Source: Dehalococcoidia bacterium
Lineage (GTDB): Bacteria; Chloroflexota; Dehalococcoidia; UBA2979
Assembly: GCA_029246995.1 (NCBI GenBank)
Contig: JAQWMB010000027.1
Coordinates: 107,072-171,071 of the forward strand
Reading direction: 5' to 3'
Length of the DNA stretch: 64,000 nt
Shown in pieces: positions 8,914 to 17,228 of the stretch; the stretch's first letter is position 1, and each line of letters begins with the position of its first letter. A program made the position numbers and the translations under genes. The notes under the pieces were generated by a model, which saw only the letters and a list, made by a program, of their open reading frames with translations, was not told the DNA's origin and searched no databases.

Positions 8914-10134
8914 TTGATTCACAAATTCAATCCAAGTTTGTATTATCTACTAATGACTAGTAATAATAGCTTTGTAAGCTTTTCCCCTTCAACAATATCT
9001 AAGTTTTTGAATTGCAATGCATCTTCTTGGTTCAGCTTTCATCAAAATGAATTAGGTGAACTTGAGGTCGATACATTTTATGCAGATATTGGTAATGCTA
9101 TTCATCAAAGCTTACTAGAAGTACAAAAATATGGTAAGAAAAAAAAATATGTTGGCGATACTTTAGACAGGTCATTTTTTAAAGATTTTTTTGATTCTAT
9201 TTTAGAAGATGAACTGATTAAACTTGGACTTAATATTAGCAATTTAGAAGTGCAAGAGAAACTTATTTCAATACAAACTGGCATTATCCAATGTATAGAT
9301 TTAATTATTTCTGATCTTGAAAATTGGTATTTTGATAAAAATGCAAATGAAATTCTTGTTTGGGAGGAATGTTGGTTAGATCATAACGACAAGTTTGATG
9401 GAGTTTATGTAGATAATGTATCAAGAAGTAAAACACGCGCAGATGTTGTAGGCATTTATGATGATTCTACATTGCCGTATGTGATCATTAGAGATTACAA
9501 GACAGGAAAAAATATTACTGATCCAGCCAAAGATCCTGGATTATTAATGAGGGGCATTTGGTCATTACTAGAATTACAAAATCCTTCTGCAAGTTGGTTC
9601 ATTAAAGATCGTAATGTCAATATTAATGTGGATTCTGTTATTCTTGAGGCTATAAATTTGGGTGCAAAAAAACATGATGATTTTATTAAAAGGGTATCTT
9701 TTAATCACAAAGATTTATTGAAAGTTGCTTCATCTTTTTCACAAGTCATGGGGAAAATTGATAATGCTAAGAATTCATCAGAGCAATCTCAAGTTGCACC
9801 TCCCTCCCCTGGTGGTTTATGTAAGGACTACTGTCCACATTTACATAGGTGTAATCTTGGGAAAATATATGTTTCGATGAAGTTTGGAATTAATACTCTA
9901 GAAAATAGAACAACTTCAAATCAAGAAGCACATGCGTTTTTCAATAAGAATAAATCATTTTTAATGAATCAATTAACAGATATATCTATGAATAGTTGCC
10001 CTATATGTCATGGTTCTATTGCAGAAGTTAAAGCAGAGAAACCAACTATTTTTATTAAGAAATATTTGCAGTGTGATAATTTTGTAGAATGTGGTTTTCA
10101 GATGCCTAGTTTTGGTAGGAAGAAAAAAAATTGA
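8914..10134 (+). CDS. PD-(D/E)XK (RecB/Cas4-like) nuclease with Cys cluster and C-terminal zinc ribbon
   Basis: RADVVG...VIIRDYKTGK nuclease core. N-terminal Cys (FLNC) plus CKDYCPHLHRC. C-terminal CPICHG...CDNFVEC. The start may be the ATG at 8953. Confidence 0.6.
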   Translation: MIHKFNPSLYYLLMTSNNSFVSFSPSTISKFLNCNASSWFSFHQNELGELEVDTFYADIGNAIHQSLLEVQKYGKKKKYVGDTLDRSFFKDFFDSILEDELIKLGLNISNLEVQEKLISIQTGIIQCIDLIISDLENWYFDKNANEILVWEECWLDHNDKFDGVYVDNVSRSKTRADVVGIYDDSTLPYVIIRDYKTGKNITDPAKDPGLLMRGIWSLLELQNPSASWFIKDRNVNINVDSVILEAINLGAKKHDDFIKRVSFNHKDLLKVASSFSQVMGKIDNAKNSSEQSQVAPPSPGGLCKDYCPHLHRCNLGKIYVSMKFGINTLENRTTSNQEAHAFFNKNKSFLMNQLTDISMNSCPICHGSIAEVKAEKPTIFIKKYLQCDNFVECGFQMPSFGRKKKN

Positions 10135-10220
10135 GTGATCATTTTTTTATTTCAAGTTGTTTTTTTTCTTTTTAAGAATTAACGTTAAATCTTGTTATTA
10201 AATATTGAAAGGAAAGCAGA

Positions 10221-10706
10221 ATGGCTGACGGAGATGGCCCAAGATCAGATGGGCCGAAAGTTGTTGAAAGAATTGGCACTTGCGCAGAAATTGTTGCTCG
10301 ACTAAAGGATAAGATATTGGCAAATCCTGATACACCACTTCCTGAAGGTGAGTGGAAAGTTAGAGATGCTGTAAGTCATTTAGCTGCTAGAGCAAATCCT
10401 ATTCCAACTTTACATAAAAGAATTAGTGAAATGAATTCTGATTCTGAACCATTAAGCACTGATGAAGCTAATCATCTTCAAGTTGAGGATAGAAAAGGTG
10501 CTTCTATAGAAGAGTTAATTAAAGAATGCGAAGAAGGTTTTGCTGCTGCTCAAGCAGATATACCAAACATTTCTGAAGAAGACTTGAATCAAAAAGTAAA
10601 ATTTGGAGATGGTGAAATGCATGCAGTCGATATTATGTATTTTGGTGGGCCAAGACACTTTATGGATCACTTGAATGATATCGAAAAAGCCCTAGAAGAT
10701 AAGTAA
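10221..10706 (+). CDS. DinB/MDMPI-superfamily-like protein
   Basis: WKVRDAVSHLA resembles the N-terminal helix and His of DinB/mycothiol-maleylpyruvate-isomerase N-domains. Otherwise weak. Confidence 0.4.
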   Translation: MADGDGPRSDGPKVVERIGTCAEIVARLKDKILANPDTPLPEGEWKVRDAVSHLAARANPIPTLHKRISEMNSDSEPLSTDEANHLQVEDRKGASIEELIKECEEGFAAAQADIPNISEEDLNQKVKFGDGEMHAVDIMYFGGPRHFMDHLNDIEKALEDK

Positions 10707-10711
10707 GCTTT

Positions 10712-12100
10712 TTATTTTTTATTTTTTATTTTTGCAGCGAGCTCCCTTAAAGGGGGCTCGTATGCTTCACTGTAAGTTGGAAAAGGATGTATCGCATCAG
10801 CAAATGCAGTGATTGATATACCGGCTTGCATTGCAAGCACTGCCTCACCAATAATTTCACCTGCACTCGGACCAACAACAGATGCACCAATTAACTCATT
10901 TGTATCTAAGTTAGCAATTAATTTTAATTTTCCTGGCCCATTTCTTGTTGCAAAGCCTCTTGATGTATCACTAAATGGATGAGATGCAGTACTATAATTG
11001 ATATTTAATGACTCGGCTATTTGCTCTGAAATCCCTACAGACGCCACTTCTGGATCTGTATATAAACCACGTGGTATTGCTGAATGATCTGCAGCTACCA
11101 AGTTTCCTAATAGATTGCTAGTAATAATTCTTCCATGATAATTTGCTGTATGCGTATATGGCGCTACTCCTGTTATATCTCCACCTGCCCATACATTTGT
11201 AGTACCTTTTACCTTTAAGTGAGCATCAACAGGTATAGGCTTAGATGACTCTATATTTAATTCAAGATTTTTGATTGTAATTTTATCTAAATTATTTTTT
11301 TTACCAGCAGCTATGAGTAATTTATCTCCGATAATCTTCTTGTTATCACCTAGATCTATTTCTACATTTGTATTTTCTAATATATTATGAATTTGTACAC
11401 CTGTATAAATATTAATGCCTTCATCTATGAGAATTTGTTGTAGCTCTAATGCAATTTCTTTATCTTCAGCTGGCATAATATTGTCAGCGACTTCAATGAC
11501 ATGAACTTGCGCCCCAAATCTATGAGCTATTTGAGCAATTTCTAATCCTACAGGACCACCACCAATAATTAGGATTGTTTCAGGTAACTCATTAGAAGTA
11601 TAGAAGTCTTCACTAGTCCAGTAGCTTACGTTATCTAAGCCCTTTATTGGGGGGATATTAAATTCAGTACCTGTTGCTAAAACCAAATCTTCATATTGAT
11701 ATTCATTTTCATTGGCTAGAATAATACCACTAGATGCAATTGTACCTCTACCACGAATTAATTTTGCACCAGATTTTAAGAATCCTTCTTCAGCTCCTTT
11801 ATCATCTAAGTGCTCCGCTACTCTATGTCGTATGGATACAGCCGCTGTATATGCTTCTATAGAATTATCAAAGATTAACTCTTGAGAAGTATGTCCGTAT
11901 TGTTTATGTTGCTTTGCAGTATGCCTAATCTCTGCAGCATGCAACATTGCCTTTGCTGGCATACAAGCAAAGTAGGGACATTCTCCTCCTACCATTTTTT
12001 CTTCAATCATTAAAGATGTTTTCCCCCCATAAGCTACATTCTCTGCAACCCATTTACCGGAAGAACCTCCACCTATAACAATGACATCAAATTTTTCGAT
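10712..12100 (-). CDS. Class I pyridine nucleotide-disulfide oxidoreductase (dihydrolipoamide dehydrogenase / glutathione reductase family); probable non-canonical ATC start
   Basis: FDVIVIGGGSSG FAD fold, GGECPYFACMPAK redox disulfide, IIGGGPVGLE NAD(P) fold, GDITG, C-terminal HPFPTYSE. The FAD fold lies upstream of the first ATG (12010). Confidence 0.85.
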   Translation of the reverse strand: MEKFDVIVIGGGSSGKWVAENVAYGGKTSLMIEEKMVGGECPYFACMPAKAMLHAAEIRHTAKQHKQYGHTSQELIFDNSIEAYTAAVSIRHRVAEHLDDKGAEEGFLKSGAKLIRGRGTIASSGIILANENEYQYEDLVLATGTEFNIPPIKGLDNVSYWTSEDFYTSNELPETILIIGGGPVGLEIAQIAHRFGAQVHVIEVADNIMPAEDKEIALELQQILIDEGINIYTGVQIHNILENTNVEIDLGDNKKIIGDKLLIAAGKKNNLDKITIKNLELNIESSKPIPVDAHLKVKGTTNVWAGGDITGVAPYTHTANYHGRIITSNLLGNLVAADHSAIPRGLYTDPEVASVGISEQIAESLNINYSTASHPFSDTSRGFATRNGPGKLKLIANLDTNELIGASVVGPSAGEIIGEAVLAMQAGISITAFADAIHPFPTYSEAYEPPLRELAAKIKNKK

Positions 12101-12115
12101 TTTTTTGTCCTTATT

Positions 12116-12562
12116 TTAACTAGTTATTGCTTCTAAAACACCAGAATGATCTCTTGCATCTGGTATACCATTATGAATTTTAAAAATTACTATGCCTTTT
12201 TCATCAATGACAACAGTCATTCTTTCAGCTGCAGCAATGGTTTCGTTCCATACGCCATATTCTTGAGCAATTGTCCCTTTTGTGTCTGCTAATAGCGAAA
12301 AAGGAAATTCTTCTTGCTTTTTAAAAACCGCATGTGTAAACCGACTGTCTCTGCTAATACCTAAAACTTCTGCATTATGATCCATCCAAGCCGAGTAGTT
12401 GTCTCTTATATCACAAAGCTCTCCTTGACAGATTCCTGAGAAGTCAAATGGATAAAAAACAAGAACAACTTTTTTACCTTTATAATTAGATAAAGAAACC
12501 TCTTCATTTGCTTCATTGACAGTTTTAAAATTTGGTGCTTGGTCTCCAATTTCAATAGACAT
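12116..12562 (-). CDS. Peroxiredoxin (AhpE/Bcp-like)
   Basis: KVVLVFYPFDFSGICQGELC peroxidatic Cys context; thioredoxin-fold length of 148 aa. Confidence 0.88.
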   Translation of the reverse strand: MSIEIGDQAPNFKTVNEANEEVSLSNYKGKKVVLVFYPFDFSGICQGELCDIRDNYSAWMDHNAEVLGISRDSRFTHAVFKKQEEFPFSLLADTKGTIAQEYGVWNETIAAAERMTVVIDEKGIVIFKIHNGIPDARDHSGVLEAITS

Positions 12563-12581
12563 ATAAATTCCTTTCTTAATC

Positions 12582-13451
12582 TTATTTTAGTTTATATATT
12601 TTCTCAGTATTTTCATACATTAATTTTTTTAATGCAACTTTATTAATATCTAACTCTTCAATTTCTTTAATTGTACGATCAAAGTCTAAAACAGGAAAGT
12701 CAGTGCCAAAGATCACTTTTTCTTTTCCATAGGTATTTATATAGTGGACTAACTCTTTAGGCCAATATTTAGGTGAATGTGCATCGCTACCAATATAAAC
12801 ATTTGGATGTTTCCAAGCCATTGCTATCATTTCATTTGTCCAGGGTATTCCAACATGTATGCCAATCAATATGAGTTCTGGAAAGTCACATGCAACTTCA
12901 TCAAGAGTAATTGGCTGACCAACAGAGCGCCTTGGAAAACTTGGATCATATAGTAGCGATTGTCCAACTTGCATCTGAATTGGTACTCCTAATTCTACGC
13001 ATTTAGCATAAAAAGGGTATACTTTTGCATGATTTGGAGGAATTTCAAACCAATGTGGATAAAAATGTGCACCTACGAAACCTAAATCTTTTATTGCCCA
13101 TTCAAATTTTCTTACACCTTCCATGCCTTCAGTTGGATCAATGCCAGCAACTCCATATAGCTTACCTGGATACTTTTTTGTTGCCTCATGAACCAATTCA
13201 TATGGAATTCGAACACTAGAAGGATGATGTTCTTGCCCTGCTCTTACTGCATGAATAATTGCTTTTTCGATACCAGCATCATCTAGTTTGCCAACTAGTT
13301 CATCTAGCGAATGACCAGACACCCTCTCTTTGTCAGCACCAATTTTTTCAACTAAAAATTTATCTCTCCATTCAGGACGATATGGTTGTGCGTCATGAGT
13401 AAATAAGCCACACACCGCGTCAATAATCGGTATTTCTTTTGTTGTTTTCAT
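12582..13451 (-). CDS. Amidohydrolase_2 (ACMSD/TIM-barrel metal hydrolase) family protein
   Basis: GAHFYPHW, IGIHVGIPW, VIFGTDFPV metal-ligand strands. Confidence 0.75.
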   Translation of the reverse strand: MKTTKEIPIIDAVCGLFTHDAQPYRPEWRDKFLVEKIGADKERVSGHSLDELVGKLDDAGIEKAIIHAVRAGQEHHPSSVRIPYELVHEATKKYPGKLYGVAGIDPTEGMEGVRKFEWAIKDLGFVGAHFYPHWFEIPPNHAKVYPFYAKCVELGVPIQMQVGQSLLYDPSFPRRSVGQPITLDEVACDFPELILIGIHVGIPWTNEMIAMAWKHPNVYIGSDAHSPKYWPKELVHYINTYGKEKVIFGTDFPVLDFDRTIKEIEELDINKVALKKLMYENTEKIYKLK

Positions 13452-13464
13452 TTGAAAATCCTCT

Positions 13465-14355
13465 CTAATTATTTTCTATAAATTCAACAATCATCGCAAC
13501 CCAATTTTCTGGTTCTATGTGTGGAGAAAATTGCCCAGAAATATTTGATGGATTGCCAAGCTTGTCTTTATAGCTACTGGTCTCAATAATCTTACCGATG
13601 CTTCCTTTAATAGTTGTTAAGTATTTGTCATGTAGTGTCAATAATCTACTTTCGCTTCCATGAATAATTAAAGTTGGACAGGAAACTTTTTTAGCAGCTT
13701 CGAAAACATTGAAATTACATATTGCATGAGGCCCTGCACCTTCCCACCCCATATTCCAATACAATTCTTTTACATCTTCCCATCCAGCGTTAATATTTAA
13801 ATAATGCAAAAAATTATCTGTCACTTCATTAAAATCTGCGCCAGGCTTTTCTCCTCCAGCTCTTTGCCACATTGCAAGTAAATGACTTCCATCAGCTTGT
13901 TCAGGATAGTACGTGTGTATTCTTTTATGTAATGCATGCCCTTCTTCATTTGAGTAGTCAAATGGTTCTTCTAGAATTAGATTTGCTATTTTATTTTTAT
14001 TTCTAATTTGGTAATTTATTGCAATTTGGGCACCTGTTCGAGCACCATATATATTAAATGATTCTAGCCCCAAACCGTCTATAACCCATTCTAGTGATTG
14101 TGTAAAATCATCGACTGTTTCATATGGCATTGGTGGCCTATCTGAATCTCCATAACCAGCAGTTGTTGGTGCAAAGACATTAAAATTTGAATCTAAGTAT
14201 TTTAATAATGGTTGATAATCCATGGAGCTTCTGGGTGAAGAATGTAAAAGTACTAACTTAGGCAGATCTTTATTTCCAGACTCTCGATACTCTATGTTTC
14301 CGTGCGGAGTTTTTATAAAGCCTCGAGACGTTTTTTGATAGCTTGTTGTTGCCAT
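13465..14355 (-). CDS. Alpha/beta-hydrolase-fold protein with atypical nucleophile elbow
   Basis: LVLLHSSP, GYGDSDRP, elbow NIYGARTGAQIA, LIIHGSES, C-terminal PHIEPE. GGAGG Shine-Dalgarno site precedes the ATG at 14355. Confidence 0.7.
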   Translation of the reverse strand: MATTSYQKTSRGFIKTPHGNIEYRESGNKDLPKLVLLHSSPRSSMDYQPLLKYLDSNFNVFAPTTAGYGDSDRPPMPYETVDDFTQSLEWVIDGLGLESFNIYGARTGAQIAINYQIRNKNKIANLILEEPFDYSNEEGHALHKRIHTYYPEQADGSHLLAMWQRAGGEKPGADFNEVTDNFLHYLNINAGWEDVKELYWNMGWEGAGPHAICNFNVFEAAKKVSCPTLIIHGSESRLLTLHDKYLTTIKGSIGKIIETSSYKDKLGNPSNISGQFSPHIEPENWVAMIVEFIENN

Positions 14356-14431
14356 GATAACCTCCAAGATTGTGTTAATATAGTAAGTGTATTTTTTATG
14401 TTTATTTAGCTTAACTTAGAAAGAGGGAAAT

Positions 14432-15889
14432 GTGACAAATTCACAAGTAGATTATTTAATTAGAAATGCCTATGTGATTACGATGGACACAAATAGAAAC
14501 GTATTTGTGGATGGATATATTGCAGTTGATAAAGGCAAAATTGTTTCAGTAGGAATTGATGCAGAGTGTAACTTAATAGCTAAGAAAACTATTAACGGAA
14601 AAGGTAAAGCTGTAATGCCAGGCTTAGTCAATGCACATAATCATATTAATCAAATGTTACTTCGCTCTTCTATTGATGACAGATCTAGTTACGTACCAAA
14701 CATTACAGGATTTATGCAAAAAATGGTTGATATTTGGAGTAATGCAACTCCAGATTTATGTTATAAAATTGTCCGACTACATTTAATGGATATGATGCTT
14801 GGCGGCATTACTGCTGTTCATGATCAACATTTTACAAATTATCCTAACACTAATATAGACGGTACTTTAGAAGCAATTAAAGAGTCAAATTTACGAGCAT
14901 TTGTTTCAAGATGTCATCTTTCTGCTGAATCATTACCTGAACAAGCCAGAGAAAATGTCCAAGATGTTTTAAAAGAAGTCGAAAGATTAAAATCTATTTG
15001 GGATAATAATTTTATTACTATTACTGGTAGCCCAATAAATCCTACTTGGGTTAAAACTCCAGAAGAGCTCATTGAATTACGTGAAGGCATTCGTGATATG
15101 AATGTTCCATTTGATATAGATCTATCTGGGGCAAGCTGGAAACAAACATTGATAGAACGTGGTTATACAAAAGGTGGTGCAGTGAAGTATTGTGCAGAAT
15201 TAGGTATTTTGGATCAAGATGTTTCCGGTGGCAAATCTTTTATGTTAGAGCCTGATGAATATGATATATGGAAAGAGACAGGTATGACTGCTTGCATTGT
15301 GCCATTAGGTCGAATTCGTGATGAATTAGGTCCAAGTACTCATCATTTTCTTGCAAGAGATATTGTGCCAGGTCTTGGTAATGATGGCCCCATGGGTACT
15401 CCACAGTCATCTATATGGCAAGTAATGAGGCATACATATATTGCTGACATTGTTCGAAAAAAAGCAGAAACCCTACAAGGTTATACAGAAGATCATCATA
15501 TTGAATTATCTCCTGAAATTCTACTTGAGATGGCAACGCTTGGTGGTCAGAAGCATTTATTTTTAGGCAATGATGTCGGTGGACTGGAAACAGATAAATT
15601 TGCAGATCTCATTATGGTAGATATTAATAATCATCGATTTTATCCTCATAATAATCTTAGGCGAATCCCTACTCATTTAGTCTTTTCTACTGATGTGCAA
15701 GATGTTGAATTAGTCATGATTCAAGGTAAAATTGTTGTAGAAGATAAAAGATCAACAATTTGGGATTATGAAATAGTAAAAAATGAAGCAGAAGCAGCTA
15801 CGCAGGAATTGTTAAAGATGGCTGGTTACGAATCCATGCTTCCTAGTAGAACGCCTGGCTCATCATTCAATGGATGGAATTATAAATAA
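14432..15889 (+). CDS. Amidohydrolase_1 family (chlorohydrolase/aminohydrolase-like)
   Basis: PGLVNAHNHINQ (HxH metal site), later HDQH, C-terminal ADLIMVD. Confidence 0.8.
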   Translation: MTNSQVDYLIRNAYVITMDTNRNVFVDGYIAVDKGKIVSVGIDAECNLIAKKTINGKGKAVMPGLVNAHNHINQMLLRSSIDDRSSYVPNITGFMQKMVDIWSNATPDLCYKIVRLHLMDMMLGGITAVHDQHFTNYPNTNIDGTLEAIKESNLRAFVSRCHLSAESLPEQARENVQDVLKEVERLKSIWDNNFITITGSPINPTWVKTPEELIELREGIRDMNVPFDIDLSGASWKQTLIERGYTKGGAVKYCAELGILDQDVSGGKSFMLEPDEYDIWKETGMTACIVPLGRIRDELGPSTHHFLARDIVPGLGNDGPMGTPQSSIWQVMRHTYIADIVRKKAETLQGYTEDHHIELSPEILLEMATLGGQKHLFLGNDVGGLETDKFADLIMVDINNHRFYPHNNLRRIPTHLVFSTDVQDVELVMIQGKIVVEDKRSTIWDYEIVKNEAEAATQELLKMAGYESMLPSRTPGSSFNGWNYK

Positions 15890-15892
15890 ATA

Positions 15893-16582
15893 TTAAGAGC
15901 TTGGGGGGTCTACTATATAACTATCAGAATCTATATGCTTTGTTTGTATCCTTTTAGTAAAATATTTTTTCCATGAATCACTGAGTTCATTTAATTTTAT
16001 AAAAGAGTTCATTTGTTTTGTATTTAATTTATCAATATGCATGAGAATATTTGCTTGTTCAATCGTAAATTTTGGATTAGGCCTATTAATGAGTTTTATT
16101 TCTTCACCAGCCTGTATGCTACCTGCTTGAATGCATCTAAAATAAAAACCTGTTTTGCCAGTTTGTTGTACTTTTCTAGCAATACTTTTATCACCATGCC
16201 TCGCTGCTAATTTATAACATGGTTGACGTGGTTGACTAACTTCCAGGATTGCTGCACCTATTTGATATTGATCCCCTATGCAAACCGTATCTTCAATGAG
16301 ACCCTTAGTAGTAAAATTTTCTCCAGCATACCCTGATTGAAAATTAATGTTTAGTTCCTTATCCCACCAATCATGATGTTCGGAAGGATACACGCAGACT
16401 ATTTTATCTGGACCGCCATGAGCTTTTAAATCTGCTTGATAGTCCCCATTTATACCATTATGTGTAATTGTTACTATTTTTTCTGTTGGTGTTTTAAAAA
16501 TACCACTTTTGACAGTGCCATTTGCATGATTTAATTCAGTTATTTCTCCAATATTTACTGATTCTAAAATTATATTTAGCAT
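15893..16582 (-). CDS. MOSC domain protein (YiiM-like)
   Basis: GDQYQIGAAILEVSQPRQPCYKLA, the MOSC conserved-Cys context. Confidence 0.85.
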   Translation of the reverse strand: MLNIILESVNIGEITELNHANGTVKSGIFKTPTEKIVTITHNGINGDYQADLKAHGGPDKIVCVYPSEHHDWWDKELNINFQSGYAGENFTTKGLIEDTVCIGDQYQIGAAILEVSQPRQPCYKLAARHGDKSIARKVQQTGKTGFYFRCIQAGSIQAGEEIKLINRPNPKFTIEQANILMHIDKLNTKQMNSFIKLNELSDSWKKYFTKRIQTKHIDSDSYIVDPPSS

Positions 16583-16593
16583 CTTGATATTTT

Positions 16594-17136
16594 CTATACT
16601 AGACCTTGAACAATAACAGTAAATAATCCAATTAAAAACGTGCTGACTAATGTTGTGCCAAGAGCTCTTAAATTAGTTAATTCAAGGGCTTGGCGAATTG
16701 CAATGAATGATGTAACTGTCACCCAAAGTAAAAGAATCGCTTCTATACTTTGCATAATGCTTGATGAAAATATCAGTACACCAAAAAATAATATTTTTGG
16801 AGCATTTGCAAAGCCTAATGTTCGTGCAAGTTGACCCCAGTCTGCTTCAGTTTCATTTGTTCGAAAAATTCTCGTCCCAACAAAATATGTAATCCAAGCA
16901 AAAAGTGCCCAACTCAACATTCCGTATATTACACTAATTAATACAACAGCTGGACTAAAGGTATCAAAGAAAAAGTTACTTTGATACAATCCCAGTGCTG
17001 TGCCTGAAATTAAAACAATGATCAATGCTTGCGACATTGCGCTCTCATCATGTTCAACTTCTTCATATGCATCACTGTTGAACATTGAGCATTTTACTAC
17101 ACGCATGAAAAAACTATTCTCATTTTCTTGTGGCAT
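16594..17136 (-). CDS. Yip1-family integral membrane protein
   Basis: About 5 TM helices after a short cytoplasmic N-terminus; overall Yip1-like layout. Family call is tentative. Confidence 0.5.
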   Translation of the reverse strand: MPQENENSFFMRVVKCSMFNSDAYEEVEHDESAMSQALIIVLISGTALGLYQSNFFFDTFSPAVVLISVIYGMLSWALFAWITYFVGTRIFRTNETEADWGQLARTLGFANAPKILFFGVLIFSSSIMQSIEAILLLWVTVTSFIAIRQALELTNLRALGTTLVSTFLIGLFTVIVQGLV

Positions 17137-17228
17137 GATTTCTCCTAAATATATAGAATCAAATAATTAATTAATTTTCTTATTGTTCTTCTCTAATTAA
17201 TAATTAATTATAGCACTTGGAGTATTTT

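Noticed and set aside
12098-12562. Programmed TAA read-through producing a peroxiredoxin-disulfide reductase fusion.
   Set aside because: The shared frame has a one-in-three chance of occurring by accident, and TAA is the most efficient stop. A well-spaced AAGGA Shine-Dalgarno site before the ATC codon gives a simpler explanation. Read-through is kept only as a minor alternative under the start-codon finding.
17137-17228. Riboswitch (SAM or cobalamin) upstream of metE, and T-box leaders upstream of serS, lysS and leuS (27691-27750, 29203-29374, 35572-35732).
   Set aside because: The spacers are only 60-170 nt, almost pure A/T, and lack the conserved G+C-rich cores (B12 box, SAM four-way junction, T-box specifier/antiterminator) that I could recognise.
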